DNA of 64,000 bases. Source: an uncultured archaeon (GTDB taxonomy: Archaea > Nanobdellota > Nanobdellia > Pacearchaeales > GW2011-AR1). The DNA is taken from contig CABMGO010000006.1 of NCBI GenBank assembly GCA_902385655.1, positions 10,329-74,328 on the forward strand, in the 5' to 3' direction. The position numbers and the translations under genes were made by a program. Of the stretch, positions 42,729 to 53,146 are shown piece by piece. The notes below the pieces were generated by a model, which worked only from the letters and a program-made list of their open reading frames with translations, had not been told where the DNA came from and did not search any database. Within the stretch, counting starts at the first letter, position 1. Each line of letters begins with the position of its first letter.

Positions 42729-43233
42729 AAAGACTAATAACTACAAAAATAAGGAGAGTAAGTAAGGAAAGTAAAATAAACCAAAGGTCATAATTATTTT
42801 CTCGTATACTTGAAATTACTTTTCCAGTCAAGTAAGGTAACTCATTAGACTCGACATCATAGTCTATCCAAGTTCCAACTGCATAACTCGTGCCGTTTAT
42901 GCGATACATAAGTGCACCATAGTATTTACCTTCTTTTCCTAAAAAACAAATTTGTTTATCTCCTCCAAACGTTTCTCTTTCGTAGATAACTTGTAATCCG
43001 AGTTCTTCTCCAGATAAAGTATAATCATTTATGTTTTTACTTTCTCTTTTTGAAAATTTTAATTCTCCCGAAAAAAGAAGATTCATATCTCCAAGAAGGC
43101 TGTAGTTTTTACAGATAAGTTCGTTCGGTTTTCCAGAAATCATGATCTTGTCAGGAGATATTCCGAACCTAAACGCAGAGCAGAAACTAATAGTGAGGAA
43201 AAATAACACAATAAGAAACAAAATTTTTTTCAT
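42715..43233 (-). CDS. secreted protein with C-terminal membrane anchor
   Basis: ATG 43233 (MKKILFLIV signal peptide), beta-rich body, C-terminal TM plus RKR. Confidence 0.5.
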   Translation of the reverse strand: MKKILFLIVLFFLTISFCSAFRFGISPDKIMISGKPNELICKNYSLLGDMNLLFSGELKFSKRESKNINDYTLSGEELGLQVIYERETFGGDKQICFLGKEGKYYGALMYRINGTSYAVGTWIDYDVESNELPYLTGKVISSIRENNYDLWFILLSLLTLLIFVVISLFRKR

Positions 43234-43267
43234 AAATAAAATTTGAATAGGTATTATAAAAATATTA

Positions 43268-43738
43268 TTATGCTGGCATTGCAACAAATGTTAAATCTGT
43301 AGTCAAGTTATAAACATCTGAACCGATTTCTTGATCATAATCTCCCAAATCTAATTTCATGCAAAAGTGATATGTATCTCCGCTCTTTCCATTCCCGTAA
43401 ATAATCGAAGAGGTCCATTTAGATATATTTGACCAACTAGAGCAGCTTGCGCTTGCAAATTGCAAATAGTTAAAGAAGTCACTTGCATTTAGACTTAGCC
43501 TAGGTTGTATTCTTGCATTTAATGTTCCTAAATTTCTCGCAGTAATATTTTGAACAGCAGACTCGTATCCGGGACTAACTTGCCCAAGATAAACAGAACT
43601 TGGAGAAATTTCAATTAATGCGTATGGTTCGAGAACATCTACAGAAACAGTTAAACTTCCATCGCGATATTCATCTGCTGAAACCAAACTCGCCCCAAAT
43701 AAAACTAGAAAAATAACCAGTAAAACCTCTTTATTCAT
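43268..43738 (-). CDS. secreted TasA/camelysin-like beta-sandwich protein (possible fibre subunit)
   Basis: Signal peptide; GSLTVSVDV...ISPSSVYLGQVSPG...NITARNLGTLNARI resembles the TasA-family N-terminal pattern. Confidence 0.35.
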   Translation of the reverse strand: MNKEVLLVIFLVLFGASLVSADEYRDGSLTVSVDVLEPYALIEISPSSVYLGQVSPGYESAVQNITARNLGTLNARIQPRLSLNASDFFNYLQFASASCSSWSNISKWTSSIIYGNGKSGDTYHFCMKLDLGDYDQEIGSDVYNLTTDLTFVAMPA

Positions 43739-43820
43739 TCTCTCTAAATACCGGCTTTACTTTTAAACATTTCTTTTGCAATTTCATAACCTTTAATAAT
43801 CATATTTTCTAAACAATTAA

Positions 43821-45152
43821 ATGATTCAGGAACAAAAAAAAGAAGTTCTTGGGATAATCCGCAGATTACGGAATAGGGATTTTTCTGGGAATACCGGGCT
43901 AGCAGTAAAAAATTCGGCATATAATCTTTCTACAAGCCTTATAGCAAAAATAGGTTCACTTTTGTTTACAGTTATAATCGCCAGAATGTTAATGCCCGAA
44001 TTATTTGGTTTATACTCTCTAGCTCTTTCCACAACAGTTCTTTTTGCAGCATTTAGCGATCTTGGGATAGGAACCGTCCTTATTAAATATCTTGCTTCGG
44101 AATCTTCTAAAAAGAAAGGGAATATCGGAAAATATTACTATTATTTGCTCAGACTAAAATTATATCTTTCTATCGGGGTATCTTTGGTCTTGGTACTTGG
44201 GGCGTATCTAATTGCGAACAATTATTACCATAAGCCTATTTTCTTTGCTTTATTGGCTGGAGGACTTTATGTTTTCGCCAATAGTATGCTTGGATTTTTC
44301 TCTAGCGTATTTCAGGCGTTTAATGATTTCAAGAAGTTTTTAGTTAAAGAAGTCATCTTCCAAGTACTCAGGTTAGTTCTAATTCCTTTAGCCATCTTTC
44401 TTGCTCTTAAATATTCTTCAGAACTAGTTCTCTTCTCAGTAATGCTTTCGTTAGCTATCTCTTTCTTTTTTGCTGCTCTTTATTTGTACCTGAATGTTCC
44501 TCGAATTGCAAAATCCTCCATTTCATTAGAAGAAAAAAAGAAGATCCTTCTTTTCATATTGCCTATGTCAACAACGATCCTTTCTGGAATTTTCTTTGGC
44601 TATGTTGATACTATAATCTTGGGTAGATTTGTAGAAGCAGAGTTTATTGGGTATTATCAGGCGGCCCTTGCATTAATTGGCTCTGCAGGCGCATTCGTAG
44701 GATTCACTGCTGGCGCATTATTCCCCCTATTCTCTCAAATGAAAGGAGAAAAGCTTAACCTTCTTTTTAAGCGTTCTAAAAAGTATACTTTGCTTCTAGG
44801 CCTTGCTGGGATGATTGCCTCTCTTCTTTTATCTCGTATTATCATCCTAGTTATTTATGGCTCACCATATCTTCAAGCAGTAAACATTCTTAGAATATTT
44901 TCAGTATTATTGGTCCTTGATTCTCTAATTGGGATATATACGACATTTTATATTTCTCAAAACAAACCAATTTTTGTAGCGAAGATACTAGTCTTTTCTA
45001 CAGTTTTAAACATAATTCTTAATTACTTTTTTATCTCCTATTTAGTTTCTAATAGTCATTATCTGGCAACAATCGGAGCAGCATGTGCAACAATCATCGC
45101 AAAAATAGTTCATTTATGTATTCTAGTTTTGACAAAAAATATTAGTCGCTGA
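43821..45152 (+). CDS. MOP-superfamily oligosaccharide flippase (Wzx-like)
   Basis: 443 aa, about 12 TM helices, polysaccharide biosynthesis protein pattern. Confidence 0.7.
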   Translation: MIQEQKKEVLGIIRRLRNRDFSGNTGLAVKNSAYNLSTSLIAKIGSLLFTVIIARMLMPELFGLYSLALSTTVLFAAFSDLGIGTVLIKYLASESSKKKGNIGKYYYYLLRLKLYLSIGVSLVLVLGAYLIANNYYHKPIFFALLAGGLYVFANSMLGFFSSVFQAFNDFKKFLVKEVIFQVLRLVLIPLAIFLALKYSSELVLFSVMLSLAISFFFAALYLYLNVPRIAKSSISLEEKKKILLFILPMSTTILSGIFFGYVDTIILGRFVEAEFIGYYQAALALIGSAGAFVGFTAGALFPLFSQMKGEKLNLLFKRSKKYTLLLGLAGMIASLLLSRIIILVIYGSPYLQAVNILRIFSVLLVLDSLIGIYTTFYISQNKPIFVAKILVFSTVLNIILNYFFISYLVSNSHYLATIGAACATIIAKIVHLCILVLTKNISR

Positions 45153-46460
45153 TTATTTTCTAAGGGACTTTTCGATCTCTTCTCTAAATTGAACAATTTC
45201 TTCAGGAGACAATGAGTCTGTTCGAACATTACATTTATACTCTCCAGCACGCCCCTTATAAAAGGTCTCCTCCGAGCTATAGTCTGGTTTTCTAAAATAT
45301 AATCCGTTATATTCCCAATCAAATCCGGGAAATTTTCTAGACGGTATCGCGTTATCATAAATAATTGAACCCGGATAAGGTTGTAGAATTCCTATATCGA
45401 AAGAATCGGGGCTATTCCTTTCTATCCATTGCCTTGTTTGTTGCACATCTTCTCTAGTTTCTCCTGGATGTCCCAAAATAGTGAATGCTTTGTATCTCAT
45501 TCCTCTTTCCTCGATTAACTTTCTGGCTAAAGTGTTTATCTCAGAGGTTGTTCCTTTACCTATGTTGCCCAATATTTTATCTGACCCGCTTTCAACACCA
45601 CTGCAAAGCTCTACAAAACCCATATCTGACAAATAGTCCAACGTTGCGGGGTTCCGGACAAGAAGGTCAGACCTTACAAACCCCCGACCAATATAGCTTC
45701 TTTGTTTCATACTTCCAGCTAGCTTTTTTAGTCTTTCAGAATTTATATTTAATTCATCATCGAACCACATAAATGCTTCAAATCCAAATTCTCCATTTAA
45801 GTAATCTAATTCTTCAACAATTCTATTAGGGCTTAAACTTCTGGTTTTCCTGTACATATCTATTTGTCTACCAGAACAGAATTTACATTTAAACGGGCAG
45901 CCTCGTTGAGTCATCACTGTTGTAGCTTTTTTTCCATCTATCGTGTATCTATATGTGAGGATGTCATAAAGTCCTCTATCTGCAATCGGAGTCTCGTCTA
46001 GACTAGATAATATTTCTCCTTGTACGAATCCTCTCGGCATTGCTCTCAGATCTAGCGTTTCAGCTTCTCCTGAAAAAACTGTGTCAAATAGATCAAGAGA
46101 GTTTCTGTTGGGGTCTGCATTGAATGCTTCGGGATTCGTTCCTCTTAGTGAGAGCATCGCAGAGGCATGTGCACCGCCCAATAAAAGATATTTAGAAGGA
46201 TCAGCCTGTTTTACTGCTCTAGCTAGAGGATAAACCTGGGAAAATTGAGGAGTAGTAGAAGAAAATCCAATAATATCTTTTCCGTCTATTTTTTTCAGTA
46301 ATTCTTCCTTGGGAGAATGACTTCCTGCCAAATCAAGAACTTCGACATCTTGGCCTCGAGATAGCAGAGTAGTTGCAAAATTAAGCAGACCAAGGTTTGG
46401 AAATACTCTCTCGTCTATCAAAAACGGTGAGGGTGGATTTACTAATAATATTTTTCTCAT
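45153..46460 (-). CDS. B12-binding-domain radical SAM protein
   Basis: N-terminal Rossmann-like cobalamin-binding region, QRGCPFKCKFC (CxxxCxxC). Confidence 0.75.
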   Translation of the reverse strand: MRKILLVNPPSPFLIDERVFPNLGLLNFATTLLSRGQDVEVLDLAGSHSPKEELLKKIDGKDIIGFSSTTPQFSQVYPLARAVKQADPSKYLLLGGAHASAMLSLRGTNPEAFNADPNRNSLDLFDTVFSGEAETLDLRAMPRGFVQGEILSSLDETPIADRGLYDILTYRYTIDGKKATTVMTQRGCPFKCKFCSGRQIDMYRKTRSLSPNRIVEELDYLNGEFGFEAFMWFDDELNINSERLKKLAGSMKQRSYIGRGFVRSDLLVRNPATLDYLSDMGFVELCSGVESGSDKILGNIGKGTTSEINTLARKLIEERGMRYKAFTILGHPGETREDVQQTRQWIERNSPDSFDIGILQPYPGSIIYDNAIPSRKFPGFDWEYNGLYFRKPDYSSEETFYKGRAGEYKCNVRTDSLSPEEIVQFREEIEKSLRK

Positions 46461-46509
46461 AAAACTTCATTCTTTATCAATTTATAAAGATTATTCGGAT
46501 TGAGAGCAA

Positions 46510-47523
46510 CTATTGATTCACCCAGATTTCTCGGAGCGAATACTGTTTTTTGTAAAATCGAGGATACTTTTTTAATATTCTTAGGATAGTCTTTTTCAAC
46601 CTAATTTTTAGGCTTCGTCTTTCGCCATGTCTAAATTTTCTCAAATTTTCTTTTTCTTCTTCAGTTGCCAAAATTTCAATTTCTTTTTTTGCTCCTCCAA
46701 ACCACCATGCCATTTCCGTAAATGTACTTTGATAAGTTCCAATAATCTTCTTTGTTTTAGATAAAAGCAAAAGTTCAATGAGGCTTTCAACTAAACTTTC
46801 TTTTTCATTCCTCTTTACTATTTTTTTAGGAAAAACAATCATATTTTTACCAAAGATTTTCAAAAGACGGTTTTCTGTTTCACTGGAGTCCGTTGCCAAG
46901 AAAAATCTTTGAGAGAGATCTTTCGCTAATATCTCTTTTATTTTTTCAATAAATTTTTCTTCACTAGATATTTTTCCCCAACCATCTTTCGAATCAACAA
47001 TATCTCCCCTTCTTATGTGGAGACCAATAGTTGCCGAAACTCCATTTTTTTTGGCGAAATTATCTACAGTTTTAGCTATTTCTTTTTTTATTTTAAGTTT
47101 TTTTATCTTTGCAATTATTTTTTCCTTAACCTTCAGAGGGATCCTATTATATTCAAAATCAATAGACTCGCCAATTTTAGGAGTTACTTCTTTAGAAAAA
47201 CCCCTTTGGACCTCTTTATTAAACAAGCAGAATCTCCATGTGTCTGTAATAATTTCCTTTTCTTTATGGAGTGAAATAATGTTATTCTGATCAGTATAAA
47301 AAAAATAATCTCCTTCTTTTTCTATTCTTTCAAGTTGCTCAAGAGAAAGTGTTTCTATCTTATTCTCAAATAGATCTTTAAAATCTGCGCCACATGCCCA
47401 GTTCTTTGGCCAATATAACTTTAGTTTTCGGTTGTATTCCTCAGACATCCTAAAACAAGAGATTAAACATTTCAATCGATTGCACAATCCTCCTGGGCAA
47501 GCAGAAATAACTTCTTTAGTCAT
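46510..47523 (-). CDS. fucosyltransferase-like glycosyltransferase (GT11/GT23-like)
   Basis: IGLHIRRGDIV matches the HxRRGD motif of alpha-1,2-fucosyltransferases. Confidence 0.45.
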   Translation of the reverse strand: MTKEVISACPGGLCNRLKCLISCFRMSEEYNRKLKLYWPKNWACGADFKDLFENKIETLSLEQLERIEKEGDYFFYTDQNNIISLHKEKEIITDTWRFCLFNKEVQRGFSKEVTPKIGESIDFEYNRIPLKVKEKIIAKIKKLKIKKEIAKTVDNFAKKNGVSATIGLHIRRGDIVDSKDGWGKISSEEKFIEKIKEILAKDLSQRFFLATDSSETENRLLKIFGKNMIVFPKKIVKRNEKESLVESLIELLLLSKTKKIIGTYQSTFTEMAWWFGGAKKEIEILATEEEKENLRKFRHGERRSLKIRLKKTILRILKKYPRFYKKQYSLREIWVNQ

Positions 47524-48191
47524 AGTCGTTTGTTCTTAAACAAAACATTATTTCCCCAGATTCCCACAATTTTAAAGCTAGGTAAAAGTGCTCTTATCTG
47601 ATTTAAATTTATCTGACCTTTATATAGCTCCTGGTTATAAAACTCCGTATAGAAATACTTTGTACGGTTATTCAGTGTATCTTTTCCTCCTGTTATTAGC
47701 TCTTTCTCTGCACCCTGGACATCTGCCCAGATAAAATCAATCAATTTCACTTTATTTTTTCTAGCCCAGTTATCAAGAGTATTCGTTTTAACCCCAATTT
47801 TCTTATTAAAATTTATCTCTGGATAAATCTCTAGATGTTTCTTTGGCTCTTTTAAAGAGGAAGAGTCCTTTCCACCAACACCGGTAGAACTTTCAGAGAG
47901 AAAAAAACTAGATATCCCTTGTTTATCCGAGAGAGCGACTTTTTCAATACGAACTCGTTTATCTCCGTGAAATTTTGATTGGAGGACTTTTATCATTCTG
48001 GGGTCTGGTTCAAACAAGAAGAGTCTTGCATTTGGAAAGATTCTCAAGAACTCTTCGGAATCTGTACCTCTATTTGCTCCTATCTCTAAAATCAAAGGAT
48101 GGCTATTAGCTATCAACTTTGTCAGCTTGGTTTTCTTTATTTCAGCACCAAATAGCTTATACTTAAAAAAATTAATTAGTTTTTGTATCAT
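47520..48191 (-). CDS. FkbM-family methyltransferase
   Basis: ILEIGANRGTDSEEF...LFEPDP pattern. Confidence 0.7.
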   Translation of the reverse strand: MIQKLINFFKYKLFGAEIKKTKLTKLIANSHPLILEIGANRGTDSEEFLRIFPNARLFLFEPDPRMIKVLQSKFHGDKRVRIEKVALSDKQGISSFFLSESSTGVGGKDSSSLKEPKKHLEIYPEINFNKKIGVKTNTLDNWARKNKVKLIDFIWADVQGAEKELITGGKDTLNNRTKYFYTEFYNQELYKGQINLNQIRALLPSFKIVGIWGNNVLFKNKRL

Positions 48192-48882
48192 CTTTAATAT
48201 ATTCTTTTATCAACATGTCTTTATAAATATCATTTTTTGGAGTCATCTTCGACATTATTCCATTTGGATCTCTTCTGTACTTTGTCAACGGTAAAAAAAG
48301 ATTTAACATTTTTTTACCTTTCTTTCTTGCTCGTAAATAAAATTCCCAATCTTCACCTCTTTTATATTTTTCATTATATTTTGTGCCATCATTTCTGAAC
48401 ATAATTGAAGAGTGAACAAAAACACATCCCGAATCTAGTCTTTTGCTGACAATAATAGGAAGCCTATGCCATTTCCAAAAAGTTCTAAGCAACTTTCCAG
48501 ATTCATCGATAAATCTTGCTGAAGTTCCAACAAGGAAGATGTGAGGATGTCTCTCTAAGTACTTTACTTGCTTCTCAAGTCTCCGCGGATACATTACATC
48601 GTCTGCATCAAGGATTGCAATATATTTTCCTCTTGCGATCTTTAGAGCTACATTTCTTGTCGTTGTAGAACCTAGATTTTGTTTATTTTTTATAGCTATA
48701 ACTCTCTTGTCTTTTTTGGCTAATCGTCGCATAATTTTCCAAGAATTATCCTTAGACTGGTCATCAATCATTATTATCTCAAAATCTTTTAAAGTTTGAT
48801 TCAGCACAGAATCAACACTTTCTTCTAAAAACCTTTCCTTATTATACACTCCCATGATTACAGAAACAATTGGTTTTTTCAT
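48172..48882 (-). CDS. family 2 glycosyltransferase
   Basis: VSVIMGVYNKERFLEESVDSVLNQT...IMIDDQSKD, DADD. Confidence 0.85.
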   Translation of the reverse strand: MKKPIVSVIMGVYNKERFLEESVDSVLNQTLKDFEIIMIDDQSKDNSWKIMRRLAKKDKRVIAIKNKQNLGSTTTRNVALKIARGKYIAILDADDVMYPRRLEKQVKYLERHPHIFLVGTSARFIDESGKLLRTFWKWHRLPIIVSKRLDSGCVFVHSSIMFRNDGTKYNEKYKRGEDWEFYLRARKKGKKMLNLFLPLTKYRRDPNGIMSKMTPKNDIYKDMLIKEYIKDDTKTN

Positions 48883-48944
48883 TTTTCTTCTCTTAATAGT
48901 TTAGTAACTAGCTTATTAAATCTCTCCGAAACTTGTTGCCAGTC

Positions 48945-49952
48945 TTATTTTTCGGCAAATTCTCTAGCTCTCCTTCCCATTTTTATTCTCAATGTTTTAT
49001 TTTTAGCAAGTAAGTTAATTCTTTCCGTCATCTCTTTCTCAGAGTTTACAACAAAACCGTTACTTCCAGAGCTTACTAGCTCAGGCATAGCAAATCGATT
49101 AAACACTATTGCAGGCTTTCCGCAAGACATTGCTTCTAAAATTGGTAGACCAAAACCTTCCCACAATGAAGGATACACAAAAATGTCCAAAGAGTTCAAA
49201 AATTTTAATTTTTCTTCTTCATTTAGATCTGTAAATATTTTTAGATTTTTATTAGTTCTAGCCAAATTAACTCCTCTTTCGTAGGCTTTCTTCTTTGAAC
49301 TAGAATCTCTTGCTCCTGCCAACCATAACTCCTTCTCTTTAAAATCCTGAATATGGTTTAATAGTAAATCTATATTCTTTGAATCTCCAAATCTGGAAAA
49401 GCAACCTATTCTTATCTTTGAATGGTTTTCTAATTTTTTTGGACTATATTTTCTAGAGTCTATTCCTAACAATATTTTCTCAATCTTATCTGGAGAAACA
49501 CCATATTTTTTTATTAGAAGATGGCGAGAATACTCGCTTATTGCAACAACTTTTTTATTCCCGAATCTGTAAACAAATTGACAAAGTATTTCTACCTTAA
49601 GATTTGCTAGCCAGCTAGCATTACTTGCCATACGAGGAGGATTAACATAGTCAATAACAATGTTGACTATATTTTTGTTTAGACTACTTGCAATAGCAAT
49701 TATGGGTTGATATCTTCCAAAGTTACTTACAATAATCGTTTTTTCTTTTATTCGCCTCAATCTTCTTAAAAGGTCAAACGTACCAGAAAGCCTAATAAGT
49801 TTTGTATTAGTCTCTGGCAAACCTCTTTGATTGCTATACTGGTACCAGATTTCAACATCAAAATTCTTTGACAAGTATCTTGATAACTCCTTTATAACTT
49901 CAGCACGCCCATTTCCGAAACTAAATTCATTTGTGATTTGAATTATTTTCAT
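48945..49952 (-). CDS. family 4 (GT-B) glycosyltransferase
   Basis: EGFGLPILEAMSCGKPAIV. Confidence 0.8.
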   Translation of the reverse strand: MKIIQITNEFSFGNGRAEVIKELSRYLSKNFDVEIWYQYSNQRGLPETNTKLIRLSGTFDLLRRLRRIKEKTIIVSNFGRYQPIIAIASSLNKNIVNIVIDYVNPPRMASNASWLANLKVEILCQFVYRFGNKKVVAISEYSRHLLIKKYGVSPDKIEKILLGIDSRKYSPKKLENHSKIRIGCFSRFGDSKNIDLLLNHIQDFKEKELWLAGARDSSSKKKAYERGVNLARTNKNLKIFTDLNEEEKLKFLNSLDIFVYPSLWEGFGLPILEAMSCGKPAIVFNRFAMPELVSSGSNGFVVNSEKEMTERINLLAKNKTLRIKMGRRAREFAEK

Positions 49953-51094
49953 TTTTCAAAAAAAGTCTTCAAATAATCTCTCCCCCATTTTTCTAAAGAT
50001 AAATTTTCCATAGTTTTTCGCGCATTTTTTTTAATGGCCTCTAATTTCTTAGAGTTATTCAGTACCTTTAATATTTTATCTGCAGAAGTATTATCAAATC
50101 TTTCAATTATTATTCCATTTTTTCCATCAAGAATTATTTCTTGTTCAGAATCATTTGAGCAAACAACAAAACACCCTGAAGACATTGCTTCCCCAGTTAC
50201 CATTGTTGGTGCGCCGCCTTCATACCTAGATAAACAGAAAAAAATATCTGTAGCTAAATAATAATTTCTTATCTCTTCCCTATCGACTGTTCCTCGGTAG
50301 ATTATGAATGGCTTATTCAAAAGAAGGCTAACTTTATCTTCATCTGCTCCGCAAACTATAAGCCTGAATGAATTATTTTTTTTATAAATTTCTTCTGCGA
50401 GAGATATTGCCCGGTCCAATCCCTTTGTCCAATATCCTCCTCGCCCCATATACAGCCCATATGTGCTTTTTACGTCTAAATTAATTAATCTTCTTGCCTT
50501 TAATTTGTCTCCAGGCTTAAATTCCTTGATGTCTGTACCTGTCCGTATAACTTTTATTCCTTTACGATTCCCATAAAGTTTCTCTAAATCTTCTTTTACC
50601 TTCTCAGAAACGCAAATGATTTTTTCAGAATTCCTATAAGGAGGTTCTTCCAATCTTCGAACCATTTTTAGTACAGGTCTCAAAATCATTTTTTTTAAAA
50701 GGTTTAACCTACTCTGATGGTTTTTTAAGAAAAAGTAAGTTACCCCATGATATGTATGTACTGATTTAAAATTTTTATTTTTAATTTTTTTCAAGAAATA
50801 TCCGCCCATAGCATGGCTGTTCACTATTTCATAATTATTATTTTCAACTATTTTTGAAACTTTTTTTGCGTATTCAAAAAAACTTAGTGGATAAGGTAAT
50901 CTAGTTTCCAAAGAAATAAACTTAATATCTAGGTCTATCCATTCTTTATCTTTTTTACCCGGGAAAATGCAATCAATATCAAATTTTCCAGGAAAATTTT
51001 TTCTTAGCTCTCCAAAAATATTTTTCTGATAAATACTTAGTCCACCAAGATAGTTATAGTCCGAACCTAAAACAAAACAAATTCTTTTTTTCAT
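49949..51094 (-). CDS. family 4 (GT-B) glycosyltransferase
   Basis: YEGGAPTMVTGEAMSSGCFVV; ATG 51094 (track start 51118 is TTG). Confidence 0.75.
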   Translation of the reverse strand: MKKRICFVLGSDYNYLGGLSIYQKNIFGELRKNFPGKFDIDCIFPGKKDKEWIDLDIKFISLETRLPYPLSFFEYAKKVSKIVENNNYEIVNSHAMGGYFLKKIKNKNFKSVHTYHGVTYFFLKNHQSRLNLLKKMILRPVLKMVRRLEEPPYRNSEKIICVSEKVKEDLEKLYGNRKGIKVIRTGTDIKEFKPGDKLKARRLINLDVKSTYGLYMGRGGYWTKGLDRAISLAEEIYKKNNSFRLIVCGADEDKVSLLLNKPFIIYRGTVDREEIRNYYLATDIFFCLSRYEGGAPTMVTGEAMSSGCFVVCSNDSEQEIILDGKNGIIIERFDNTSADKILKVLNNSKKLEAIKKNARKTMENLSLEKWGRDYLKTFFEK

Positions 51095-51095
51095 A

Positions 51096-51995
51096 CTAGA
51101 AGTTTTTTCTTCCTCCAATTCCTTTCAAAAAGTCAAAAAATCCTCTCCAGGAATTGAGTGAGCCCCTAAATTTAAATTTTGCAATTTGTTTTATAGGTCT
51201 CAAAATAGTTTCTACTAACAGCGAGGAGTACGCAACAGGTTTCAAGTACCAAACCTGATATTTTCTTATAAACTTTCCTCTGTTTCTTACTAAATAGTAA
51301 TCAGTAGTTACGTTTGAGCCACCACCCGAAGAATATGCTACGTGGTGTAGTAACGTAGCCTTCGGCACAAACAAAATCCTAAATCCATTTCGTCTAGCTC
51401 TTTCTTGGAATTCTGTTTCTTCATAATAGCAGAAAATGTCTTCATCAAAACCACCTATCTTGTCAAAAACTTTTCGTTTTATAAAAAGAAAAGATCCAAC
51501 CAAATGCTCAAAGTTAGTTTTATCATACTGGCCAACATCTTTTTCCATCGTGCCAACTAATTTAGCTTTCATAATTAATCTATTTAGTTTAACTCCTGTT
51601 GCCCATAATGTGTCTGGTCTAGAGACATAATAGTTTTTTACTCCGAATATATCTGCTTCCTCTTTTCTCTTAATAATCTCTGTAATCGTATTTTTTCTTA
51701 GAATTAAATCATTGTTCATAACTATGATATACTCTCCAGAAGATCGCTTCAATCCTTCATTTATTCCGCCTGCATATCCCTTATTTTCTCCCAGCTCCAA
51801 TATCAGAACCTTTGGAAATCTTTTCTTTATTTGTTGTATTGAATCATCTTTGGACCCATTATCTGAGACAATAATTTCTATTTTTTTGTAATCTTGTTTA
51901 AGAATAGACTCAATACACTCTAAAGTAACCCTCCCTCCGTTATAATTTATAATTATTAGAGACACTAACCCTTTCTTACTTTTTTGCTTCACCAT
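51096..51995 (-). CDS. family 2 glycosyltransferase
   Basis: VSLIIINYNGG...SDNGSKD...NNDL. Confidence 0.85.
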   Translation of the reverse strand: MVKQKSKKGLVSLIIINYNGGRVTLECIESILKQDYKKIEIIVSDNGSKDDSIQQIKKRFPKVLILELGENKGYAGGINEGLKRSSGEYIIVMNNDLILRKNTITEIIKRKEEADIFGVKNYYVSRPDTLWATGVKLNRLIMKAKLVGTMEKDVGQYDKTNFEHLVGSFLFIKRKVFDKIGGFDEDIFCYYEETEFQERARRNGFRILFVPKATLLHHVAYSSGGGSNVTTDYYLVRNRGKFIRKYQVWYLKPVAYSSLLVETILRPIKQIAKFKFRGSLNSWRGFFDFLKGIGGRKNF

Positions 51996-53088
51996 ATATT
52001 TTTTCCAATATTTTATTTCTTCTTTTTATAGAGAATTTGCCCTTTTTAATTTCTTCTAGACAATTTCTAGACATTCTTTTTAGTTCACCGGAGTTTTCAA
52101 TAAGTTTTGAAGCTTTGGCAACCATATTTTCAATAACCTCTTCCCCTAACTTGTCAACGCTCTTCCAATCAAAGTCATACTGGTCCTTCACTCCTGGTGG
52201 ATAATTTACAACAAATCCCGTTTTTCCGTCAGTTATAATCTCTTTTCTAGAATATCCATCTACACTTACAATCGGTATACCGAATGACATTGCCTCTAAG
52301 ATTCCAAAGCCAAATGAATCTGCGTAAGCTGGATAAATAGAGATATCCGCAATCGAATAAACTTTTTCAAAAACATCCTTCTGAGGCATTAATGGGTAAA
52401 AAATTATTTTTTTATTTTCTTTGTTGGCATTTATTACCTCTTCTGGGACTGTAGACACAATTATACCTCTTACATTCTCATATTTTTTAGTTAGTTTCTT
52501 CATAACCTCTAACGCATGATATCCTCCTTTCTGATCGAAATATCTCGCGACAAAAACTAAATTAATTCCCGTATGTTTTCTTCTCTTCAATATCTGGACT
52601 GGAACTGCCGGGTAAACTACTTCAATTTTATTCTTAATTTCGGGAAGATAACTAACCATTTCGTCTCGAGTTTTATTCGTCCAAGCAAGTATCTTCTTGC
52701 AATTACTCGAAAGAATTAATTTTTTTGCTTTTTCGTTTATTCTTTTTGTTTCTTTTCCGACAAAATACTGCCATCCACATTCAAAATCCGCTATCCACGG
52801 AGAATCATTTTTACTTAAACAATGAGCACATTGTATTAAATCATACTGCTCAGAAGTTTTTGTATAATGCGCATTCAAAACAGATGTGTTTAATTTGCTC
52901 AACCATTTACGTATATTTCTTTTCAAAAAGTTAGACAACCAAAATTTCTTTACATTTGTCATTGCCCCTCTTTGTTCGGTTACATTAAGAAATTCAACAT
53001 TTTTCGGAGGGTCTTTTATCAAATATTTGTAATATGGCGAGTCAGGAAACTTCCAAGGGTATTGAAGATATACTCTTATTTTTTTCAT
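51976..53088 (-). CDS. family 4 (GT-B) glycosyltransferase
   Basis: DSFGFGILEAMSFGIPIVS. Confidence 0.8.
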   Translation of the reverse strand: MKKIRVYLQYPWKFPDSPYYKYLIKDPPKNVEFLNVTEQRGAMTNVKKFWLSNFLKRNIRKWLSKLNTSVLNAHYTKTSEQYDLIQCAHCLSKNDSPWIADFECGWQYFVGKETKRINEKAKKLILSSNCKKILAWTNKTRDEMVSYLPEIKNKIEVVYPAVPVQILKRRKHTGINLVFVARYFDQKGGYHALEVMKKLTKKYENVRGIIVSTVPEEVINANKENKKIIFYPLMPQKDVFEKVYSIADISIYPAYADSFGFGILEAMSFGIPIVSVDGYSRKEIITDGKTGFVVNYPPGVKDQYDFDWKSVDKLGEEVIENMVAKASKLIENSGELKRMSRNCLEEIKKGKFSIKRRNKILEKIYGEAKK

Positions 53089-53146
53089 TGAGCACCTACT
53101 GAAATTTTATTTCTTTCGAGATGAATGAAAAAACTTGTTTTTGCTT

